Source: an uncultured archaeon (GTDB taxonomy: Archaea; Asgardarchaeota; Thorarchaeia; Thorarchaeales; Thorarchaeaceae). From it: DNA of 32,000 nt. Of this stretch, positions 25,728 to 32,000 are shown one piece after another. The DNA is taken from positions 30,001-62,000 of the forward strand of contig CAZYLT010000008.1 in the NCBI GenBank assembly GCA_964648855.1, written 5' to 3'. Both the position numbers and the translations under genes were made by a program. The stretch's first letter is position 1, and the number at the start of each line of letters is the position of its first letter. Under the pieces are notes generated by a model. It saw only the letters and a program-made list of their open reading frames with translations, did no database searches and was not told the origin of the DNA.

Positions 25728-27293
25728 CTACGCACTGAATTTTTTCTCGACTCCGTTTCTATGGAGATTATTATATGTGCAGAATGGAATTATTCGACCA
25801 TCAGGCGTGGCATAGTTAATAGTACAATGCTGAACCCGTTCTATGTCCAGATTGTATGGGTCTTGAAAATGCATGACTCCTAGCATTATCACTCGGTGCA
25901 TGAATGCAGCCAGACTACTGTAACTACCCTTTTTCAAGAATGATGCAATAATCGGCCTCATGTAGCTCTTCTTCTTGATATGCCGTGTGAATCCTAATAG
26001 TTTGAGTTTAGCCCGGAATCCGGGCAGGAACCTCCTCTCAGCATAGAGGTCACAGACTTCCTCGAGGGTGGTCAATAACTTCTCTAAATCGACAACTTCG
26101 GTGATGGGGATATAGGACCCATCCTCTTCGAGGAAGAGGAATGTTGCCATTCCACACGCAAAATGAGCGTGCAGCTCAACTGTTGGAACGCCTTTTAGTA
26201 ACCCAAGCGCTCTTCCAACCCCCATCATAGCAGAAACCGGATACCAATCATCTCTGCTTATCCTTCCCTCTGTTTGTTCTTCAATATTAATAATAACTTC
26301 AGCCGTAGTAATTCTCATTTTGCGTCTTTCAGAGTGATCGACTCGACCAGTGATGCTCACTGGTTGGATGTTTATGCAGCGTACAATGTCTCGATTTTCA
26401 ATGCCGAATCTCACAATGTCGCCGAGTTCGCCATCATTTAGCCCCTTTACAATTGTGGGAACCAGTACAACGCCATCGAGATCAGCTGTTCGGCAGCTGT
26501 CAAGAACAGCATTTTTGATATCACGTAGGTCTCTTCCTCTGGCCTCCAGATAGGGCCTCTTAGATACGCCGTCAAACTGCAGGTAGATTGTGTTCATACC
26601 AGCTTCTTTCAATTCAGTGACATATTCCGGGTTGTTTGCCATTCTGATTCCATTCGTGGCTACTATTATGTGATCGAAGCCCATCTCTTTTGCCCATCTC
26701 ACATATTTTGGCAGCTTATCACTGACTGTTGGTTCTCCACCCGCGAATTGGACTGCCGGTGAGGGGACTGGCAAATTGCTACGAAGGTTAGCCAACATAT
26801 CTTTGACTTGCTCATCAGTTGGTTCATAGACTCGATTGGTGGCGGCTGCATTTGCGAAACATATGGGGCATCTCAAGTTGCAGCGATTAGTGACATCAAT
26901 TAGCCCTAATGCTGTGTGTGCAAGATGTTGTGGGCACTGACCACAATCTTTTGGGCATCCTTCGCTCGACTCGGTCCTTGGATTGTCTAACCCTACCGTT
27001 TCATACCAGTATTTCATGATTCGTTCAAACATATCAGCATCAGACCAATACACATCCATGAATTCACCATGTTCTGGACATTCCTTGGACATCATGATCC
27101 GATTGCCCTGCCGATAGACGCGAGCCTCGATTACACGGATGCTTTCATTATCAAGCAGGCAGGTTGGACATATGGAGCTCGTTAAGTAGGGTAGCTTCTT
27201 TGGTCTGTGTTTTGAGATTCTATATCGTGATACTTCCCTGTCCTGATGGACCACAGGTTCTTTTGGTACTGGTTCAACATGCTCTTCGGACAC
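25728..27293 (-). CDS. tes: Radical SAM tetraether lipid synthase (Tes / GDGT-MAS, MJ0619 family)
   Basis: CPTC...CPEHG, CPKDCGQCPQH, CNLRCPIC (radical SAM motif), GGEPT, YLQFDG, HFACG, MHFQDPYNLDIERVQHC..Y..PDGRIIPFCTYN. GTG start at 27293 after AGGAG. Confidence 0.85.
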   Translation of the reverse strand: MSEEHVEPVPKEPVVHQDREVSRYRISKHRPKKLPYLTSSICPTCLLDNESIRVIEARVYRQGNRIMMSKECPEHGEFMDVYWSDADMFERIMKYWYETVGLDNPRTESSEGCPKDCGQCPQHLAHTALGLIDVTNRCNLRCPICFANAAATNRVYEPTDEQVKDMLANLRSNLPVPSPAVQFAGGEPTVSDKLPKYVRWAKEMGFDHIIVATNGIRMANNPEYVTELKEAGMNTIYLQFDGVSKRPYLEARGRDLRDIKNAVLDSCRTADLDGVVLVPTIVKGLNDGELGDIVRFGIENRDIVRCINIQPVSITGRVDHSERRKMRITTAEVIINIEEQTEGRISRDDWYPVSAMMGVGRALGLLKGVPTVELHAHFACGMATFLFLEEDGSYIPITEVVDLEKLLTTLEEVCDLYAERRFLPGFRAKLKLLGFTRHIKKKSYMRPIIASFLKKGSYSSLAAFMHRVIMLGVMHFQDPYNLDIERVQHCTINYATPDGRIIPFCTYNNLHRNGVEKKFSA

Positions 27294-27411
27294 GACCTGA
27301 ACTCCTTTTCTCCTTGAATCTACCGCATATCCCGCCAACCTCGTGACAAGAAGATTAGCATGGTAGTCCTTACTCCCATATAGCATGCTTATTATGCTTG
27401 CCTGTAAGAAC

Positions 27412-27431
27412 AAAAGGCCAGGCGGCCTTTT
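27412..27431. promoter_or_regulatory. Perfect 8-4-8 inverted repeat between divergent tes and thrS
   Basis: aaaaggcc-aggc-ggcctttt. Confidence 0.4.
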
Positions 27432-27476
27432 GGCAAATGCAGAGCAGACACTCATTTGCGTTCAGGTTGCATCAAG

Positions 27477-27482
27477 CTTAAG
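27477..27482 (+). promoter_or_regulatory. TATA-like box (CTTAAG) of thrS
   Basis: 39 nt upstream of the ATG. The same motif recurs at similar spacing before several other genes. Confidence 0.5.
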
Positions 27483-27521
27483 AATGGAATATGCAGCTAG
27501 TCTGATTGCAGAGGTCTTACA

Positions 27522-29408
27522 ATGAGAATGCTACAAATACACAGTGACGGATTCTCCTATGAAGCTAAACGTAAAGCGCTGAAGAGTGCTGAGGCAATAG
27601 AGGAGAAGTCATACAAAACCGACGATTCATGTCTAGTCAACTTTATAGCTGCAGAGACCTCTGACCAGAGAGATGTGAACCTAGCCGCAAGCGTTACGGC
27701 CGATATGATTGCTGATGCGGCGGAAGAGGTTCAAGAAAAACGGATTATCGTGTACCCTTGGGTTCACCTCACGGAGAAGCCATCTCCGCCAAGTACTGCA
27801 CTGAAGCTTTTGAAGAAAGTCGAAGCGAACCTTAAGGAACGTGGATATGATGTGCTTCGAATCCCCTTTGGATGGTACAAGTCCTTTATGATTCATTGTA
27901 AGGGCCATCCTCTGGCTGAACGCTCAAAGGTTCTGGATATTACTGAAGAGGCGATTAAAGCCCAAGAAGTGACGACCGAAGAAGATCTTACAGCGATTGA
28001 GGCCGAAGAAGGTATTGTTTCTAAGTTTTTCATTCTTGAACCAGATGGCACAAAAACTGAAGTTGAGAAGTTTGACTATACCGGCTTCGAAGAGTTGCGC
28101 CTCTATGTCAACTATGAGACGTCGAAGGATAGAACCGCACATGAGCCTCCAGCACATATTGAATTAATGAAGAATCTTGAGCTCGTTGATTATGAGCCCG
28201 GCTCTGATGCAGGCAACTTCAGGTGGCCGCCCAGAGGGCTCACACTCAAGCGTGCTGTTGAGTCTCGAGTAACGAAAGAGATGGTTGACTATGGTGCTCA
28301 TGTGGTGCAGACTCCACTCATATATGATTATCAACATCCGTCCCTCAAATCATACCTGCAACGTTTTCCATCCCGGCAATATGTCGTGAGGTCTGGCGAT
28401 CACGACTACTTCGCAAGATTCTCTGCATGCTTCGGTCAGTTTCTGCTCCTGTCGCAGGCATTAGTATCATACAAACAATTACCGCTGAAGCTCTTTGAGA
28501 TTGCTGCAAGCTATCGACGGGAACAGAGTGGAGAACTTGCCGGAATGAGACGGCCAAGAGCTTTCACCATGCCTGATATCCACGAATTTGTCGCTGATGT
28601 CGATATGGCTATGGATTCAGTGAGAAACCAACTTGAGTTTGTGGAGAAACTAATGAAGGAACTAGAAGCCGACTATGAGGTGTCATTTAGGGTTTTGAAG
28701 TCGTTCTACGAGGAAAATGAGGGTTTTGTCAATGATGTAGTGAGAAGAATTGGCAAGCCGGTCATGATTGAAGTCTTCGAAGAACGTTATGCCTACTTCA
28801 TTTTCAAAGGCGAATGGAATGTGGTTGATACGCAAGAGAAGGCCGGTTGTCTAGGCACAATTCAGATTGATGTAGAGAATGCTGAGCGTTTTGATATCTG
28901 TTACGTAGATGAGGACGGTGAAGAGAAAAGGCCCCTCATACTGCATACTTCTCCATCGGGGTCGGTGGAGAGAATCCTATATGGTGTACTCGAGCAAGCT
29001 TCAAAGGATATGAAGCGCGGTAAGAAGCCAATGCTTCCTCTATGGATGACACCTGTTCAAGTGCGGCTGATACCAGTAGAGGATTCTCATATAGAATATT
29101 GCAAGAAGATTGCGGAGCGATTGGAAAAGGAGCATATACGATACGAGATTGATGACCGAGATTCGACCGTCGGCAAAAAGATTCGTTCTGCTGAGAAAAT
29201 GTGGACGCCATATGTCTGTGTTATCGGGGATAGAGAGATTGCCTCTGACGAGTTGTCCGTCCGTCGGAGAGAATCAGGTGATCAAGTCAAAATGACGCTT
29301 GACGACCTCATTAAGGTGATTCTTGAGAAGACGAGTTTCGCACCGCCTCAAGAATTGTTGTTACCTAATCTGATTACACAGCAAGCTATTTTTTCGAGAG
29401 AAGTGTAG
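27522..29408 (+). CDS. thrS: Threonyl-tRNA synthetase, archaeal type with N-terminal DTD-like editing domain
   Basis: MRMLQIHSD, YPWVHL, PFGWYKSF..CKGHPLAE (editing domain). Zn ligands in RFSACFGQF, MPDIH and ILHTSPSGSVER. Motif 2 YRREQSGEL. C-terminal anticodon-binding domain. Confidence 0.97.
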   Translation: MRMLQIHSDGFSYEAKRKALKSAEAIEEKSYKTDDSCLVNFIAAETSDQRDVNLAASVTADMIADAAEEVQEKRIIVYPWVHLTEKPSPPSTALKLLKKVEANLKERGYDVLRIPFGWYKSFMIHCKGHPLAERSKVLDITEEAIKAQEVTTEEDLTAIEAEEGIVSKFFILEPDGTKTEVEKFDYTGFEELRLYVNYETSKDRTAHEPPAHIELMKNLELVDYEPGSDAGNFRWPPRGLTLKRAVESRVTKEMVDYGAHVVQTPLIYDYQHPSLKSYLQRFPSRQYVVRSGDHDYFARFSACFGQFLLLSQALVSYKQLPLKLFEIAASYRREQSGELAGMRRPRAFTMPDIHEFVADVDMAMDSVRNQLEFVEKLMKELEADYEVSFRVLKSFYEENEGFVNDVVRRIGKPVMIEVFEERYAYFIFKGEWNVVDTQEKAGCLGTIQIDVENAERFDICYVDEDGEEKRPLILHTSPSGSVERILYGVLEQASKDMKRGKKPMLPLWMTPVQVRLIPVEDSHIEYCKKIAERLEKEHIRYEIDDRDSTVGKKIRSAEKMWTPYVCVIGDREIASDELSVRRRESGDQVKMTLDDLIKVILEKTSFAPPQELLLPNLITQQAIFSREV

Positions 29409-29530
29409 GACTGCCCAATGTGCAATCATCTTGCCTGAAGAAATTGGTAACACAGAAACAGCCAAATGATTATTAACTGAACCTTAATATTTAACAGGCA
29501 ACCACCGCATATTAACAATAGTGAATAATA

Positions 29531-29773
29531 ATGCAAACCATCGGCAAAAAGACGAAAAAGTCAGTTGAGCAGATCCTGGAACAGGCTCGGGACTACTTTG
29601 ATGGTAAATTCGGTCTTCAAGTGAACGATGAATCGCCAGATTGTTGCGTCGAATTTCGCAACGATATCGGATTTGTTAATGTCACGGTAGAAGGAAATGG
29701 GAACACCAATGAAGTCACCCTGAGAAGCAGGGAATACGAAAGACAAGCAAGAGAATTCATTCAAAAGCTATAG
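29531..29773 (+). CDS. Small conserved hypothetical protein, 80 aa
   Basis: Clean ORF with a CTTAAT box 42 nt upstream and an alpha/beta pattern. Confidence 0.75.
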   Translation: MQTIGKKTKKSVEQILEQARDYFDGKFGLQVNDESPDCCVEFRNDIGFVNVTVEGNGNTNEVTLRSREYERQAREFIQKL

Positions 29774-29799
29774 ACAGTCGCTAGATACAGTTACTGTCT
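29772..29799 (+). terminator. Possible hairpin after the small hypothetical gene
   Basis: 7-bp agacagt/actgtct stem beginning at the stop codon. Confidence 0.3.
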
Positions 29800-29929
29800 G
29801 TGTGCCACGCTTGTCAATGATCGAAAAATGCATGAATATGCACAAAATGGCCTCGGAGGGCTTTTTGCGATACAATTTTTACTTGCCAATCTAATACATA
29901 TTTCAGCTTAGGCTGATTGAGGTATTAGC

Positions 29930-31072
29930 GTGAAGATACTTGTTGTTGGATCCGGACAAATGGGAAAGGCTGTTGCCTATGACTTGACGAAGAATGATAG
30001 TGTGGAAGAAGTCATTGTAGCAGACATAGACATGGCGCGAGCTCAAACAGTTGCAGATTTTGTTGGGGGCAAGGCCACCGCGAAGAAGGTTGATGCCACC
30101 CAGAAGGATGATCTCAAACCCTTGTTCAATGATGCGGATGCAGTAGCGAGTTGCGTCAGCTACACTGTAAATCTGATGCATACCGAACTGGCAATCGAAA
30201 CTGGAACCCATATGTGCGATTTGGGTGGCAACTTCAGAGTTGTAAAGAAACAGTTGGAGCTCGACTCCCAAGCACGCGATGCAGATGTGACAGTTATTCC
30301 GGATTGTGGGTTGGCACCCGGAATGGCCAATGTTCTTGCTAGAGCGGGAGTGGACTATCTAGATAGTACCGATAGCATCCACATTAGAGTCGGCGGTCTT
30401 CAGCAAGAGCCAAGACCTCCACTAAATTACTCGCTTATTTTCTCTGTTGAGGGTTTGATCAATGAATATGTAGAACCCTGCATGGTTTTGAGAGATGGAA
30501 AGATAGAATATGAAAAGCCTCTGGTAGGATTTGAACAGATAGAATTCCCTGACCCTTTTGGCGTTTTGGAGGCATTCAATACCAGCGGAGGAACCTCTAC
30601 ACTTCCTCTCACCTATGAAGAGAAGGTAAATGATCTCGATTACAAGACAATTCGTTACCCAGGTCACGGTCACAAAGTGTGGACCCTGATGAAATTAGGA
30701 TTAATGGAAAGCGAAGAGATGGACTTTGACGGAGTGAAGATTGCTCCTAGAAGAGTGTTGGAGAAACTCCTCGAAGAAAAACTTCCTGAAACAGGAAAAG
30801 ATGTGACGCTTCTCCGCATTTCTGTAGAGGGCTGGAAGAGTACTGAATCTAGGATAGTAGAGTATGAATTGATTGACTACTTTGATAATGATACGGGCCT
30901 AACATCGATGATGCGTACTACGGCTTTCCCCGCTTCTGTGGCAACAATGATGATGGCAGATGGCACTATTGCTGAATACGGCGTATTGCCGCCTGAAAGC
31001 GCAATACCTCCGGATGAGTTCATCCAAGAAATGCAAAATAGAGGGCTAGATATTCAGAAACGCATTCGTTAG
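29930..31072 (+). CDS. Saccharopine dehydrogenase family, probably lysine 6-dehydrogenase
   Basis: VVGSGQMG, DLGG, DCGLAPG, VGGL..P.PPLNY..FSVEGLINEY, LEAFNTSGGTSTL, YKTIRYPGH. Confidence 0.88.
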   Translation: MKILVVGSGQMGKAVAYDLTKNDSVEEVIVADIDMARAQTVADFVGGKATAKKVDATQKDDLKPLFNDADAVASCVSYTVNLMHTELAIETGTHMCDLGGNFRVVKKQLELDSQARDADVTVIPDCGLAPGMANVLARAGVDYLDSTDSIHIRVGGLQQEPRPPLNYSLIFSVEGLINEYVEPCMVLRDGKIEYEKPLVGFEQIEFPDPFGVLEAFNTSGGTSTLPLTYEEKVNDLDYKTIRYPGHGHKVWTLMKLGLMESEEMDFDGVKIAPRRVLEKLLEEKLPETGKDVTLLRISVEGWKSTESRIVEYELIDYFDNDTGLTSMMRTTAFPASVATMMMADGTIAEYGVLPPESAIPPDEFIQEMQNRGLDIQKRIR

Positions 31073-31119
31073 CATCGTGAATATAGGACTGCATATAGCT
31101 CTTTGAGATGAAATCAGAC

Positions 31120-32000
31120 ATGACGGATTATAGCAAGATATACGAAAAGATCATCAATGCACGCGAGCTGTTACAGGATATTGCCCACAACACTCGTTTA
31201 GACCGCTCATCAACGTTCAGCCGCATGACCGGCGGCGATATTCACTTGAAATTGGAAAATCTGCAGAAGACGGGGTCTTTCAAGGTTCGTGGGGCAGCAT
31301 ATGCTATATCGCAACTGGCTGATTCCGAGAAGAAACAAGGCGTGATAGCTGCTTCTGCTGGCAACCATGCCCAAGGAGTTGCATATTCTGCTACAAAACT
31401 AGGAATAAAGTCCACCATCGTAATGCCGGTGTTCTCTTCCATAGCCAAGATCCAAGCGACAAAAGGCTATGGCGCTGATGTCATCCTTCACGGTGAGTCA
31501 TTTGATGATGCTTTGCAGTTCGCGCTAGAGGAAGCAGAGCGTAGTGGAGCCACCTTTATTCATCCTTTCAATGATGAAAACATAATTGTGGGCCAAGGCA
31601 CAGTCGGACTTGAAATTCTAGACGAGCTTCCAGATGTAGAGGTAGTAGCAGTCCCTGTCGGTGGTGGCGGACTGGTGAGCGGAATCGCCATAGCAATCAA
31701 GGAAAAAAATCCTGATGTCGAAATATACGGCGTTGAAGCAAGTTCTGCAGCCTCAATGAAGAAATCATTGAAGTCAGGAAAAATAAAGACTGTCACTGGG
31801 CTTGACACAGTCTGTGATGGCATTGCGGTAAAGACTGTGGGGGACCTAACCCTTAGCATAGCTGATGATTTGCTCACTGATTCGGTTGTAGTGGATGATC
31901 TTCAAGTCACCCGAACTCTGTTCCTCCTTCTTGAGCGAGCCAAGATTGTTGTGGAACCAGCAGGCTGTGTTGGGTTGACCGCATTCCAGTATGGGGCTGT
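31120..32000 (+). CDS. ilvA: Threonine ammonia-lyase (dehydratase), 3' end beyond window
   Basis: Not in the ORF track. Manual translation gives LKLENLQKTGSFKVRGA (PLP Lys), ASAGNHAQG, HPFND..GQGT, VPVGGGGL, VVEPAG. Alternative ATG at 31108. Confidence 0.93.
   Translation, partial: MTDYSKIYEKIINARELLQDIAHNTRLDRSSTFSRMTGGDIHLKLENLQKTGSFKVRGAAYAISQLADSEKKQGVIAASAGNHAQGVAYSATKLGIKSTIVMPVFSSIAKIQATKGYGADVILHGESFDDALQFALEEAERSGATFIHPFNDENIIVGQGTVGLEILDELPDVEVVAVPVGGGGLVSGIAIAIKEKNPDVEIYGVEASSAASMKKSLKSGKIKTVTGLDTVCDGIAVKTVGDLTLSIADDLLTDSVVVDDLQVTRTLFLLLERAKIVVEPAGCVGLTAFQYGA

Noticed and set aside
27294-27455. 54-aa N-terminal extension of the radical SAM ORF
   Set aside because: It runs through the divergent promoter region. 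GTG 27293 has an AGGAG site upstream and fits the family's domain start better.
2230-31877. Numerous 60-145 aa track ORFs overlapping recognised genes (e.g. 3255..3689, 6635..6949, 13269..13613, 20938..21318, 23473..23829, 29903..30271, 31560..31877)
   Set aside because: They are antisense or alternate-frame shadows of well-supported genes, with no motifs of their own.
1-32000. CRISPR arrays, transposases/integrases, rRNA/tRNA, inteins, frameshifted pseudogenes
   Set aside because: By eye I found no regularly spaced direct repeats, recombinase motifs, RNA gene signatures or broken reading frames. A covariance-model search was not possible.

Overview
A gene-dense archaeal chromosomal segment of about 31 CDSs. 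I saw no rRNA, tRNA, CRISPR array or mobile element. Archaeal origin is supported by an archaeal-type ThrRS with an N-terminal editing domain, a tetraether (GDGT) synthase Tes/MJ0619-family radical SAM enzyme, and TATA-like boxes about 30-55 nt upstream of starts. Membrane-anchored Zn-ribbon and PCI/winged-helix proteins suggest an Asgard archaeon, perhaps Thorarchaeia, but this is inference. Metabolic content: NAD salvage (pncB-pncA) followed by a PduO-type corrinoid adenosyltransferase, a SoxB-like/5'-nucleotidase opposite a TauE exporter, an SCP2 + VAO/PCMH-type flavoprotein + CCG Fe-S operon, a mycothione-reductase-like disulfide reductase with two Fe-S proteins, an M29 aminopeptidase, lysine 6-dehydrogenase and threonine dehydratase. 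Two CDSs are missing from the ORF track because they run off the window (1..1597 minus and 31120..32000 plus). The first encodes a secreted protein with a caspase/CHAT-like His-Gly...Cys dyad followed by a long beta-rich region, and is the most novel-looking item. All family calls come from motif recognition by eye, not from database searches.
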